Shown here piece after piece: positions 1 through 14,266 of a stretch of DNA of 64,000 nt; position 1 is the first letter of the stretch, and every line of letters begins with the position of its first letter. Under the pieces are notes generated by a model. The model had not been told where the DNA came from and did no database searches. It saw only the letters and a list, made by a program, of their open reading frames with translations. Origin of the DNA: Antedon mediterranea (taxonomy: Eukaryota > Animalia > Echinodermata); NCBI RefSeq assembly GCF_964355755.1, contig NC_092670.1:22926795-22990794 (forward strand), in the 5' to 3' direction. Both the position numbers and the translations under genes were made by a program.

Positions 1-1335
1 CTACAAAATTTATAACACAAAAAAACAATTTTTACGGAACGTATACGGTAGAAAATAGGATGTTGATTTTCATTAATAATTTAAATAGAAGAACGTTTCA
101 GAGTTGCAGACTATTAAAGAAGTGCTGCTGTACCGGATACAGAGGAAAATGACGATGTAAAAGATAGGACACACCACTTCATTGTAAGCCCTATTTCTGG
201 AGGAGTTGCCACTTCGAGTACGATTCAATTAAATTTAAAGCTGTCTACACTATAAACACCAAAAGTTTGATAGTGTAGACAAGGCTTTACACCAATTCGA
301 TGGAAGATTCGGGATTAAAAGAAACATATTAATTATATAGTGATCGGTGTGGGCCTACTTTAGTAGATACGTGTATACAACTGTATATATATAAACACAA
401 GAGGCAAAGAACAGTAATTCTAAACCGCCCGGTGACATACTGAAATTTAATTAATTAATTTGAAACGATATATATATATAAATCCAAAGGCAAATTACTG
501 AAAAAATGACAATGCTGTGGGTATCAGTGGCTGGATCTCAATGAAGATACAAAATAAAAGCGAAAAGCTAAATCAAAACGAGAAGTAAAAAAGCCAGAAA
601 AGTTAGCAGAGCTTTTGGGCAACACTAGCCCTTCATCAGTGCAAGAGAATATATATACATATATGGTGCTTAAAGTTTGACGACCTTTGGACACTACTTT
701 AATCACGTGTACTTACTGTAGACCTATATAAATACAAACACATATAGAATGACTTTATTGAAATGTTTTGTACAGTACAGGTAACAAAACAATACGACAC
801 TAATGCGATGACACTTGACATCAGTTTGTGAACGAGTCATTCTTCTCTAAAACACCCATCTTTAATAAATTAAACATCTCTGTGTTACAAAGACTAATAA
901 CCGTATTTTAGAGTACGATTGTCATAATATTTTTTATTATTTCCTATCGATATGTATAAGTGTATGCGAAGATATACCAAATCAATAATATGAGCTTATG
1001 TAATGAGTCATAAAAATCGTTTTACTTGTAGAAACATGTCGATAGTGACTCCAATAATAATCGGCATAAGCGACAAGATAATAAGTATGTAATGTAATAA
1101 CACTCCATATTAAATAAAAGATGCATTTGTATTCATTACAGAAACATTCTTTGTCTGTTCTGCTGTATTGATTATACATCATCGTCGTAATCTAGTTCTA
1201 TCATACTGTAGAGAAATCTTGTTTTGTTGCATGGTTCCACAAAGTGAAGAACCAAATAATAAAATTCCGAAAACCAACCTGGTTCAACCCAATAGCCGGT
1301 TCGTAATTTACAAAGTACCGTCTTTATAATAAGGC

Positions 1336-1500
1336 CTTTCATTTTCATTTTTCATTTCTTTATTCGACAACAAGCGGTCCAGGGATTGCGACAGCAACAG
1401 AGCACCATAACACATTTGTGTCCGCAATCCCTGTAACATACAACTTAATACAAGTTAAAAATGAATATAAAGTATACAGAATATATAAAAAATTTAATTA
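1336..1500 (-). mobile_element. 3' end of a non-LTR retroelement (stem-loop plus ATGAAA-type tail)
   Basis: Inverted repeat CAGGGATTGCG...CGCAATCCCTG next to a minus-strand AATAAA and repeated TTTTCA. Confidence 0.45.
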
Positions 1501-2109
1501 ATTTGTAATAATATATCAAACATATTATAAAGAACATTATTCATTATTATGCATCCCACATTGTGTTTACATTAATTGAACAACCATTGCCTCATTGGGT
1601 TTCGTCAATAGATCTCCTTCATACCGTCTATATTAGTAATACCACCCATTTGGTTACCATAACTGAATACGTTTAATATTTACATTTCACGCTCGATTAC
1701 CTTAAACAACATAATCTCCAACATTGTATTTTAATTCAGCTATTTCCTTATTAAGTCCTATGGAGAAATAGCTAATCTTTAAGACCTACATTTTCAGAAA
1801 CCATGAAGAAATAAGTTGATCTCCATGGAAAAAGCAATGGTCTTGCATAAAAAAATATTACAAAAAAAACACAGAAGTTTAAATAAATACCATCGTGTAT
1901 TTCTCCATTTACTTTTATGTAGGGCCTAATAACAATTCATGCAGTAGACATCAATTTTCTCTGTTGATGTAGGCAGCTGTAAAATAGTCAATTAATTGGC
2001 TCTCAAACACAACGGCATTCTTAATTAGATTGGTCCGAGTATTATTAAAAACGAATGATAGACATACAGTACTGTATGTTTTAATAGATGGGAAAAATAG
2101 GCCTGTGCC

Positions 2110-2497
2110 TTTATCAGTCTTGGGTTCGTTTCCAGACAATTGGAGAATTCAAAAATAAAATTCTATTCTCTAGTACGCTTTCTATTCCTTCTTCTAAATG
2201 GTCCATTTATCTTCATAATTTTTGTAAATATTTCTAAATATTCATGTATAAATGATTCTTTTATCTATATGGAAAAAGATATTATTCTATTAATTTGTGA
2301 AGAAATTATAAAAGGAATAAAAGAAGCCAGCGATCTATTTATCAAAACAGCTACATTTCTCTATAAGAAACGACTACAACTGGAAGACAGCTTTTCTATC
2401 CAATTTTTCTATTTTTATATGGTATAGTTTATTCCATTCTGTAAGGGGCGGGTTTCCCGCTGTTGAATGAGTTTGAATAAAAAAAAAAAAAAAAAAT
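2110..2497 (+). mobile_element. Polyadenylated retroelement 3' fragment
   Basis: An ORF remnant (2140..2427), a hairpin GCGGGTTTCCCGC, then AATAAA running into an A-tract of about 19 nt. Confidence 0.45.
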
Positions 2498-4129
2498 TTA
2501 TTTTAAACTAGCATAATGTGACGCTAAATGGATCTTAAAGGTATACTGTGTACTATGTTATTATAATGTATTATTGATTTAATAAACCTTCGTTAAGATA
2601 GAAGGAATTATCTTTAGAATATAAAAGAAATTGACAAAGCAAAAGAAATTCGTCCTTTCTTAGCTTACACGCTGTCTGTCGTAGCAGTATTTATGCATGT
2701 CTGGATTATGACAACGGTTTTACACAAGTACAGTGTAGTTCACGATGGAGAAACAATGCCTTAATCGAACCTTAATCAATGTTAACCAACCCGTACACAT
2801 GTTCTTATAAGTAAATTGAATGGTTCTATAATATTGAGCATCAAACAACTGGAAATTAGCAAAGGCGCAAGTATTTAAAATAAAAATACCTAAAAACAAG
2901 AATTTGTAATTTTAATTACAAATTCTTGTTTTAGGTATGTACTTAAAAGAACATACCAGAAGAAAACATTAATAATATTATTAATACTATTTATATTAAT
3001 ATAATATTATTCCCTAATAGAGAAGTACTATTTTATTAAAAGCGGTGTGTACAGGTAGGCCTACATGGCTTGACTGATCAGTTGGTCCTCGAAATGGAAA
3101 TCGACTTGTCAGTTACGTCCAACGCATAAGATGAATGTTTTCCGGGAAAAATTATTCAAAAACAGTTCCGAAATATTATGGAATATAAATAATGCCAACA
3201 AGAAATATGACATGCTTTCTAACCACGTTAAATCAGCAGCTGCAACACACCTTTCAACTAATAAAATATATAAATTTTCCCACGAAATGAGAATACAATA
3301 TTTATCAAGTGTGACGATCTTAGCTAATAAGTACTTGTAAAGGTATATAATAGAAAAGCCCTAGGATTTGTATTACATTGACGAGAGTAGGATTTAACCA
3401 CAGGGCCGAAATCTGGTATTGACACACAATACAATAGATGACAACCTATTGTTCAACAACTATCAGGGTACAGGTTAGCACGATAGCGATCAATGGGATG
3501 GAATTCAATAGACGACACGGCTGCTGTTTACAACTATTTCCCAGAACTGATTTCTAGAAGATCATCAAAAATAGATAGAAACTACATGTCTGCTGTCTCT
3601 TTATTTCTATCAACTGAAATCTAATTGACGGAATTGAGTTGTACAGTATCAGACTAAGTTTAACTGGTATTTGGAATACCTGCATAAACAAAAACGTAAT
3701 TTTAGTTTGTATAGTATAATAACAGAAAGATACTGTTTTTTTGTATTATTGTACCACAGAGTTTTCATTTCATTTATTTGATCAACAAAACATAATATAC
3801 AATGTACAAAGATGAATTGGTCAGGGACTGCCAAAGTAATACGATTACTGTAACTACAAGAGTCAGCAGTCCAATGATGATCTTAACTAAAATAAATATC
3901 TAATTTTATAAACAAATAAAGTATAAAGCTGTGAGTATACAGAAAAAAAAGATAATAGAGTTTAGAGATAATTATGGTATTACTGTATCTAAAGACGGAT
4001 CCCAGCGAAATATAGGTATAAGATAATTAAGTAGATATGTTTATACTCTGATGAATATTTAATATACTGATAGACAAAAGAAAACAATGTCAAAGTACAT
4101 TAAAATGACACATATAGATTCATATTTAC

Positions 4130-4205
4130 CGTTCACTGCTTCCACATTATGCGTTGAACTTAAAACACAAAATATTACAAATAATGAAATAAAATATTTG
4201 TCCAT
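4130..4205 (-). CDS. Candidate first exon (signal peptide) of an unresolved secreted-protein gene
   Basis: MDKYFISLFVIFCVLSSTHNVEA-VN followed by a phase-1 G|GTAAAT donor; downstream exons were not resolved. Confidence 0.4.
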
Positions 4206-5179
4206 TGTAGACCAGTATCTAGAATACAGTTTGTCTATTTGCACTGACAAGTGTGACATTGTCCATATCTCAGGCATTCGAATATATTAAATTGCTATCA
4301 CCTAGCGACGATACACATTTTTAAACAGCGTATATATCCTTATAAAATCCAAAAATGTTTGTATTTTCCGTAGCCAGGCCCCAGAGAAAACGGCAGGAGG
4401 TTCGTTTAAAATGTTAACCACCGGTAAGTATGGTGTTTACGGGAGACGGGTGCTCGTTATCTGGCTTGAATGCTGGGTACATACAAAGCTGACTCACACA
4501 TCAATAACGGTAACACAAGCTTCATCATTCAGTTACGCCCTCAGAGAGAAAAAGAAGTCAATCAGCCGTGATGGTAACAATAGGTTTAGTGAATGGAAAA
4601 CAAACATATTGCCTAGAATGACGGTTAGCCATGCCTTTTAAATAAAACACAAGGGTTTTATAAACTCATCAGCGTCATTCATATAACATGCCCTATAAGA
4701 ATGAACCTGCTCCCGCAAATCTCTCTTAGTTCTTCGCTATTATTAGGCGTATGTACATAATACAGTATTTTAATTTAAAAAATGCACAAGATACCAATAA
4801 AAAATACAAATTCGATTAGAAACATAAATTGGTATCATAATATAATCGTTTACAGAATTACAAAAAAGTGTTGATATAAAACCATGGAAACGGCTACATA
4901 CAATCGAATAAGAAGCTAATAAAATGTGTTGCCTTTTATATTTTATACGTAACAGTATAAAGCACTTGAAATGGATATATTATCTTAATAACAACTGACT
5001 GACAGAATTATAGTATTGTATCGATTTACAAGAATAATATTGTCGTCTGCAGAAATAATAGAAAGAACTAGTTTAAAGTTTAAAACATGAATTGACATAA
5101 AGTTTGAGTATCATGTATAAGGAACAAACAGAAGATGTATTACGCAGCAATAATATTTATTTCAACATTTACAGTGTTA

Positions 5180-5312
5180 AGCTCTGTCTACATTATCAAA
5201 CTAGTTTGACAAAAAAAGTGTGACGTACCTAAATATGGTAGTGATATGACATCATCATGTCCATTATGGATACATCTTTTGTCAAATAAAGTTTGATACT
5301 GTAGACAGAGTT
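5180..5312. mobile_element. MITE family A copy
   Basis: AGCTCTGTCTACATTATCAAACT...AGTTTGATACTGTAGACAGAG, flanked by TTA. Confidence 0.8.
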
Positions 5313-6766
5313 TTAGAGTATGAAAGTGAAGCGCTGAGAGACAGAAGCCAATAGAGGACGTGTCTCCATCTTTAATTAACAGTGATATAAATATGTATTT
5401 AAAAAATGAGTCGAGTTAACATTTTATTTGCACACTTAATGTTTCATGAAGGTAATAAACTCACTCTTCAATCATCAGGTGATAAGCTCGGAGTAAAGAA
5501 TATAATGTGAAGTGCAATTATGTATTTATAAAATGTTTGCTATAGGCGTGCCATTTTGGACGGCCATTTCGGAGTACTGTATGTTTAGTGCGTTCATTGA
5601 TGGTTGAAAATAAACCAAATTAAATGAAACAGACAATTTTGGACATAAACATTTAAAAAATTACTTTTTAACAAGCTTTCCACAGGGAAATTGAAACCGA
5701 CTCGAAATAGACAAAAGATACAAAATATTATATAAGATATTATCGTTATTATGAAATATTAATTTAAAAAATCGTAATCTCTGATAATGTTTATTTACCA
5801 AATTTAGATTTCTTTCATCATTACGTAGGAATGAGCTCATACATGATATACCTATGTAAACGTACGGCCTGGCACGGTATATTTAACCATGATTTAACAA
5901 CTTAAGGTCATTTAGGAAGGGCGCATTTAACAGATGAACAAATCTATTAAGTTTACAGACAATGATCTTGCCTCCCAAGTAGTACACGAATTTCATATGA
6001 ATACATCCCACCATAAGGAAATACATCACACAGAGAGAAATTTATTGGTATTAAATTCTGTTTTTATATAATTGTTTACACTTTCAATATTGTTATAAAT
6101 GCTATTGTTATAACGTTTTTCCGTGAGAATCTAACGTTTTACATTGTGAATAAATATAATAGAAGGGAATGCGTCAATTTGATTCTTGTTCGCGGTTTGT
6201 TATTTTTGTTTTATTCTTTTTTTATTTTTCTCCTACTCTCCGTGAGAAACCGATGCTTGAATTATATTCAAATAAAAAATTTAAAAAATTGCTTAATTTA
6301 AAAAATAATCTAAGAAATTTCACCTTGATGATTGTGTGTACTGTCTTTGTGACGAAAAAGAGGGCGCTAGCCTATTTATAATATTCAATCAATCAATCAA
6401 TCAAATCAATCAAAGTAACATTTATTTCTCTTCTTGTAATTCATAGAAAATAAAAATTAACAGTACATATGATTAAAATAAGAGGGGCAACATTCCTAAA
6501 AAGCGAAGCTTGTATAAGGCAGCCCATAGAAACTGAAAAAAAAAAAAAACAGGACAACACGGGAACCGGAAACAGGACAAAAACAGTAATGAAGACTTTT
6601 AGTTTCAGGGTACCGAAAAGACTAAATATCAAAACTACAATGACTGAAAGGATAATTAAACATAACTAGATAAGAGGTGCCGTTTCAATTTAAAAGAAAA
6701 ACTCTTCTTAGACAAAGCACTTTTTATATTAACTGGTACGGTACGTTATCCCAGAGTTTAGGACCA

Positions 6767-9700
6767 TAGTGTAGGCTGGTATGTCGTTTATTTGAATGTC
6801 GTGTATATTTTTTGTTAAAAGCAAACTTTGACTTTATTTCATATCTTGATAATATAAAGAATGAAAAAAAATATGTTGCCATTTTTTCAAAAGATATTTA
6901 AAGGACCAAATTCAAGATGGCCGCCAACATTCAAATAACCCTATTAAAAATCAGAATATCACCAATAATACAAATTATGAATGTGGAACAAGCCCGTTTT
7001 GATGGTATTACTGTACCCATTATACAATCCTAACTATGTAAAGCGATAATCTGTTGGCCATCTTGGATTTCAAAATGGCCACCACTAAAAATTAAATTCT
7101 TTAAATAATTTTTTTTAAATATGTGTGCATAAATTGTTGTTTGTACACAATGTTCTAAAATTGTCAATGTCCTCTATATAACAGATATATAATACCCCAC
7201 TATGACTATTGAATTAAATAATCGTTCAAAGTTGGAGTTGCAAAAGTATGGAAAAACTTAACAATTTATATCAAATATTCAACAACAATTACGTCTAACT
7301 AGAGGGTTAGATCTATAGTTCGCTCGCTCCCCTCTAGGAAGTGTAAACGAAGGTTGTCGGAATGATAATGACTCGGGTAAAAATGTTTACGGACGTTCTC
7401 CTTGTACGTTTTCTGTCGGTTACCATTATTGAAAATGCTTGACATTCGAAAAACTAAACCTACTCTGTTTTACAGTGTCTTAGATGATTAATAACATTTT
7501 AAAGTATAGTGTTTATTGTTTTATAGGGCGGAGGTGGAGAGGCAGAGTTAATTTGAGGGAGATGCTTATTCGAGGGATTTTTTAGTTTTAATAATATCGT
7601 AACATTTATAATCAAATAAAATCCTCTAATAGATATGAAAAGTGGTAAAAAAGTATAACAAATGCTTGGTAAATTATAGTTAACAGTGTAATGAATTCTA
7701 TTATAAATAGTATATACAATATTGGGTAGGGGGGGGGGGGGCTGTAGGCAATTATTATGATGTTTTATTGGGGAGGCGTTTATTCAAATAAATACCATCA
7801 TAATACATTATTTAAATTAAACATCTTTTGAAACTAACTTCCGCGACAGTGTAGGCCGTTTCGGCCCAAGAAGGAAGATGTTTTAGAGAGGCTTGCAATA
7901 TGGGCACTAATGGGACACAGATAGCCTACAGTTATTCCTGCCAGCTTACTCAATAAAACTCGGCTATCGGGATTTTATTTTTTAACTACTGTACCTTCAC
8001 ACGCGCGGTCCAATCCGAAAATAAACAAAAAACTAAAATAGCTATAGCCACTAACGACCAACTTAACTGAAACCAGGTAGTGGCAAGGTGAACCTGTAAA
8101 CTCATCGTGAACCCGGAAATTACTTTGACCGCGTACAGTTGAAATTGAGTTGAAAATCTACCGATGAATCAGAAATTTTGTTTTAAAACTCTTTATAATA
8201 TATTCCTAAGATAAAAATATGGAACAATATCGTAATAGTGAAAACTGTTTTACATTTCGCGGTACACCTGAGATAGTTCAGGTAGGTATCCAAGGCAGAA
8301 ATTTGTTCCAAAGTTTTTCCATTGTGCTCGCTTATGTCAGAATTAACCATGATTTATATATAGATTCTAAATTACAGATCTCATTTATTTTCATGAAACT
8401 GAAACTTGACGGGAGACAGGACCACAATATAAAACAAGTGCATTTATACCTTATTGTGAAATCCTGTATAAATATGTTAAATAATGAATGCGTTATTGTT
8501 ATGTAATTCAATGTCTGAACCTTCAGGGCCATAGTCACCAGTATGGTTGGTAAGTTTTCAACCTGTCAACTTTTGGCAGAAGCTTGAAGGAAATACAGAT
8601 ACAGCTCTGCCTATAAATAACCTTGTAAATGAATGAACTCCTACTTCTCATCTTCTACAATCTCAACCAATTTCATTAGATATGTACCCCTACAGACAGA
8701 CCAGCATTATACACTGGTTTGATGAGTGCACATGGTTGTGGTAACTCATGTACTAGGGAAAGACAAGAATGCCTGTTGATGACTCTTGCCCGAGATGAGT
8801 GGAGGTGGACAGAGATGACATCAAAAAGCAATTATTATGTCGACCCGGTGAACTATATGGCTTTTGGACATGTAGCATTGTGAAAATAGTGTTGAGGCAA
8901 GTGCTTTTGTTAAAACTGAACTTGTATTACCTATACAACCAGTGACACAAATATCTTAAATGGAAAACATCTCTAAAGGACAGAAGCACACTAATTTTGC
9001 TTTCTGTCTACAACTTGCTTCTACAAATGCAGACAGAGAAAGAGATTCTAAGTTAAGTATCATTTTGTTTGAAAGAGGCTGATCATAAAGATATTAACTT
9101 GAATACAGAGAGTCGACGAAATCTAAATGATGTGGTTGAACTATATCCCTATATATGAATATGAGAGGACATGTATGTGTGGGACTTGCTGGATTTACAT
9201 CAATTGATCAGGGTCATTGAGCGTGGTATCATTGGAATAACACAAATTAATGATTTCATCAGAGCTGGCAAATCTAGTTAAAATTTAAAGAGAGATGATA
9301 TCCCGATTAATGAAGAATGCTGCAATTCGCACAAAGGTGTTTGTTGGCCATGGCATGATGAAATTGGACAGAAAATGTTTGAGGCATTGGTAAAAGTCTT
9401 GTAGAAGGCAAACTGTCTATATGGGATCCTAAGAAAAAGACGAATATTGGCAAAAAATATATATGACGTTGAATACAGGTGACAAACTTATCAAAGTAAA
9501 AGAGGACTCCTATAGAGATTATTTGCCGGTGAAATGAGGTATTTCAGTTATTTTGCCAATTTGTTTCTGAACAAGGTTGTTGGGAACGCAGATCAGTCTG
9601 TGGAAGTTTGATGGATACAGTAGTAGAGAACGAAGGAAGGTCAACGTACTGTATCGCATTCAAGATTAGAAATATTTCATTGAAGGACTTTGGCAGAGTT

Positions 9701-10346
9701 AGTTGTCATTTAACTGAAGAAGTTTATGAGATGTTTTAATATGAAGAAGTGTACAGTCAGTACTGTAGACCTCCTGATGGTCAACATTTTGTGTTAATCA
9801 CCATGTTGTTGTCATAAGCATATCATTTTGTGTATTTCAATCTAATTTTATTTAACTTATACAAGTTTTAATAAGAAATTTAACCCATTTAAAAAAAATG
9901 GCGGCCATTTTAAAAATCAAAATGGCCGCCATTTTGTGTTAATCACCAATGTTGTGGTCATAGGCCTATCATTTTATGTGATTTCAATCAACGTCATTAC
10001 TTGCACATGTTTTAATAAGAAATTTAATCCATTTAAAAAAAATGGCGGCCATTTTGAAATTCAAAATGTCAGAATACTAATGAATATAGGTTTATAATAA
10101 TTCTTATATAGCAGAGAACCCATATGAACTTAAAATATTATTCCTAATGGGCGTTACTTTGTCCAATATGGTACATTTATTGGATATTTTACGTATTGGC
10201 GGCCATCTTGGATTTGACATCCTTAAGCTTTTTAAAAAAAATGGCAACATATTTTTGTCATTACTTTACATCCTAAAGACACTAAATCAGCTGGAATTTT
10301 GCTTTTAACAAAAAAATGACACGAAATTACATAGTGGCCTACACTA
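6767..10346. mobile_element. 3.58-kb TIR DNA transposon (Academ-like termini) inserted in the LINE
   Basis: Termini are TAGTGTAGGC...GCCTACACTA with extended imperfect identity (TCGTGT..TTTTTTGTTAAAAGCAAA). A 3-bp duplication CCA lies at 6764-6766 and 10347-10349. Removing the element restores the LINE frame SIKFTGPKLW. There are subterminal AAAATGGCGGCCATTTT repeats. The superfamily call is inference. Confidence 0.85.
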
Positions 10347-10367
10347 CCAGTGAACTTAATGCTATGT

Positions 10368-13225
10368 TTAAAAAAAAGAAATACGTATTTGATTTGCGCT
10401 CCGAGTACTGTGGTTATGAAAATTAAGATTGAAACTAAATAAATCATCAAAGTGTGATGACAGGATCGAGTTTAGCCATGAATAGAGGAAAACACTTTGT
10501 TGAAGATGGTTAATATCCTGAATTTTAAGAAGACCAAATGAAGAAAATAAAGGATTGGAATGTGATAAAGGAGGAGCATTTGCTATGTATCTTACGGTTT
10601 TCTTTTGGATCAATAACTTTTGAGGGATGAAAGATGATAATCTATATATGATACCAGAACTTTTGGATATTTTGTTTCCGACTTGAGTAATCTGATGTGT
10701 CCAATTTAGCTTACTGTCCAGATAAACACCAAGAAATTTAGTTTTCTCAACAATAGGTATTAATTGATCTTTAATTTTTAGTTTGAAAGTACTAGTATTT
10801 AGTGGTATTTGTGAATTTTTGAACACCATACAACAGCACTTCTTTAGATTAACAGAAAGTTTGTTTGCAGAAAAGTATGTTAAAATTTTGGGTAGATTTT
10901 CGGTTGATATTTTAAAAAGGGAATCTATATTTTTATCAGTGTAAATTAGGGTTGTGTCATCAGCATACAACAGAAAAGAAAACATATTTGAGGCATTATG
11001 GATATCATTTATATAAATAAAAATAATAGAGGCCCAAGCAGGGAACCTTGAGGGACTCCACAAATAATAGAAAGAAAATCAGAAAGGGTGTGTTTAAATT
11101 TAGTGCATTGCTTGCGGTTTGAAAGGTAGCTTTTGAATAAATTATATACAGGGCCACGGACTCCATAATTATGTAACTTATATAATAAAATATCGTGATC
11201 AATTGTATCAAAGGCCTTCGAGAGGTCAATGAAAATACCAATGGCAAATTCACCCCTCTCGAAAGCCCCAACAATTTCATTTGTTAATTGAAGAAGTGCG
11301 GTGGATGTATTATAGTTCTTACGAAAGCCAAATTGTTTATTGTAAAGTATATTGTTTTTTTGAAGATAATTGTATGTTCGATCATAAATAAGGCGTTCAA
11401 GTATTTTGGAAAAGATCGGTAGCACTGATATAGGACGGTAATTACTGGAATCAGATTTGTCACCAGTTTTTAAAATAGGAGTTACTTTAGCTAGTTTAAG
11501 GGTGTCAGGAACGGTGCCATTTACAAAACAAAGATTGAAAATGTAGCAGAGGGGTTCAGAAATAAAATAGATAAGTTGTTTAATAATAGACGGGTAAATA
11601 TCATCAATGCCAGGTGCTTTACTATTTTTGAGGCGCATAACAATATCCATAATCTCAAAAACAGTCACAGGATTGAGAAATAAAGAATTTGTGGATGGCA
11701 GAGGGAGGTAATCCTTAAAATTTGCATTAGATGTGTCAATATTTTTGGCGAGGGTAGGTCCAATATTAACAAAAAAATTATTAAAATGCTTTGAAATTAT
11801 ATTGGGATCATCCGTTAAGTTTCCTTCGCAATTTATAGTGACTCTTCAAAATGTTTACTTTCATTCGTTTTTATTAGACTATTTATAATTGTCCATGTTC
11901 CTTTGATATTATCTTTCTGCTACTTAAACTTTTTTTCATAATAATCGCGTTTTGTTAATTTTATTAAAGAGTTAAGGGAGTTACGGAATTGCTTATATTC
12001 ATTTATGTTTTTGTCATTCGGATAGCGGAGGGATTTGGAATACAGTTTTTGTTTATGCTTTATTGAATTTAAGAGTTCATCCGTCATCCAGGTCTTTATT
12101 TTTTTTTTCCTGCAGACTGCTCTTGAATTGGAAAATGTTTATCATACAGTCGTTTAAATTCAGTTTCAAATGAAAGTAAAGCAATATTAGGATCATCCGT
12201 ACCATAAACACCAGTCCAATTAATGTTTGACAAATCGTTTTTTATGTTTGAAATATTTGTTTCGTTAAATTTTCTGTAGGTATGATTAGGGCTTACATAG
12301 TTTTTGGGACGGTTTGGTATATTTGATAAGGGTGTAATGTTAAAAATTGGCAAATAATCACTAATGTCACTATAGAAAAGTCCAGATAGACTTGATGATT
12401 CAATTTGATTAGATAATATGTTGTCAATTAATGTTGCTGACGTTCGGGTAATACGAGTTGGTCTAATGATTAAGGGTAAAAGAAAATTACTAAAGACAGC
12501 ATTAACAAAATTGTTGGATTGATTATCGGACTGATGTTTAAGTAGGTCAATGTTAAAATCACTTAATAAGCACATTTTTTTGTTGGTTTTTGCTAAATTA
12601 TTTAACAGGAGAGCAAAAGCGTCAATAAAAGCATTCGTATCAAGAGATGGTGCCCTATAGATTACACCAACAATAATGTTTTGATTGGATTCAATTTCAA
12701 TAAAAAGGGAGTCGCATAGGGAGGGGTCTAGGAAAAGATCAGTTCTCTCTTTGAACACATTGTTATTTCGAACATACAGCCCTACACCTCCACCAGCCCG
12801 CCCTAGTCTGAATAACTGGAGATATTGGTTAATGGATTATCATCTTTCAACCAGGTTTCCGAGACTGCAATTATATCGAAATCATAATTTACATTGGTTT
12901 AAAATAATTTGAAAGAATCAATGTTATGAAGTAAACTTCTAGAATTAATATGCAAGGAAGAAAAGTGTTTCACGTTATTGAGCTCTCCAATTAAGTGGGT
13001 TAGTTGGTCAGGTTGATAGTACTTACAATTGGGCTGGATAGAGGAAGAGAAAACATTGGTATCAGGGTCAAAGTCATGAACATGTTTATCATAGTCTGCG
13101 TATGGGTTGAAGATTAAATTATTTAATCGATCTTGGTTAGGAAATGTTTCGGTACAGGGGTTCATTTGGGAAGAAAGTGACATATATACAAGTACAAATC
13201 CAAAACACACAAAAAAAAAACACAA
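10368..13225 (-). pseudogene. Frameshifted LINE ORF2 (endonuclease-reverse transcriptase)
   Basis: EN and RT motifs are spread over four ORFs in different frames, separated by stops and frameshifts. Confidence 0.9.
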
Positions 13226-14039
13226 AAAAACCTCAGATAAACTGGGGACAGGTTAATGAGAAAAATAAATGTACCAAGTGGAATACCAGAGATCAGTCTC
13301 CATAGAGATAAAAGTGCCTACACATTTTTTTTTTCTTGAAAAAAAAAAATATAAAAAATGTCTTATTAGGCCTTATGTTGTAGAAATATAAGCGAGAACA
13401 ATTATTTCAATAATGAATTAGGAAATTCAGAAAAAGAAATTATGAATAAACAAGTTGAGGAAACACTTTAAATGTAAGGTAAATAAATTAATAATAATTT
13501 CAAAAATTTTAAGTTTATGCAAACAAAATATGTTCTGAAAAAATCAAATGGATCTAAACAGTTCCATGTATGTGAAAAATAAGAGTTAAATGTTTTTTAT
13601 TACATTTTGACAATGAACTGCATAGTAAAAAAATATGCAAATTTAACAAGTTAAAAGCGAACTGGTGGTTAGTATTGTTTAATTCTAAATTTAATCGCCT
13701 TATGTCACTTGCAAACAATGTACGTGACAATATTTATCATATTCGCACTCCGATAAGCTTTATCAAGGGCTCTGGGACCGCTCGACTGATTCATACGTGT
13801 CGTATGCATACAATTAAATTAAAATTAAACGTACACAATTTAAAATTAACACAGGGGGTTTTTCGCGGCACTCACCACACATCACCGACGCTTGGAAATT
13901 CTAACGCTTATATTTAATATTTTATTTTAACGTTGACTTTTAGCCGATATACGGTATTAAAATTCAAAGCCCAACTCATCAAACATTTGATCTCAAAATA
14001 TTAAGTTGAAATTGTTTATATTGTTTATTTAATGCAGCT

Positions 14040-14234
14040 TATTTTTAATTGGTGTATCTCATTATTACTTTGTTTTGTTTTATTTTGACTTAATTTGTGC
14101 TACTTAGTTTTGTTATTTTTGTATTTTATAAGTAATGATGGAGTAAGAGCAGTTTTCTGTTTGGGCTCATGCCTATTACTTGCTCCTGGCAAGATGAATT
14201 GTAAAATGTACTTTATGAACTTTTGCCGAATAAA

Positions 14235-14263
<29 letters not shown>
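14040..14263 (+). mobile_element. 3' end of a non-LTR retroelement with a (TAT)n tail
   Basis: A T-rich UTR, a stem-loop-like segment and AATAAA immediately followed by (TAT)9. Confidence 0.5.

Positions 14264-14266
<3 letters not shown>

Larger units (their letters stand above)
6385..13225 (-). mobile_element. Decayed non-LTR retrotransposon (L2/CR1 group, APE endonuclease + reverse transcriptase), interrupted by a DNA transposon at 6767-10346
   Basis: ORF fragments: 12899..13225 (HINSRSL), 12096..12758 (VIYRAP, DFNIDLL, PTR..ATLIDNI, ISD), 11009..11668 (NYRPISVL, QFGFR, DLSKAFDT, GVPQGSLLGP) and 10368..11063 (YADD, FLGVYLD). The C-terminus continues at 6766 (GPKLWDN...FKLKRHLL). The 3' end has AATAAA and a (TTGA)n tail at about 6385-6410. 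Confidence 0.92.
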
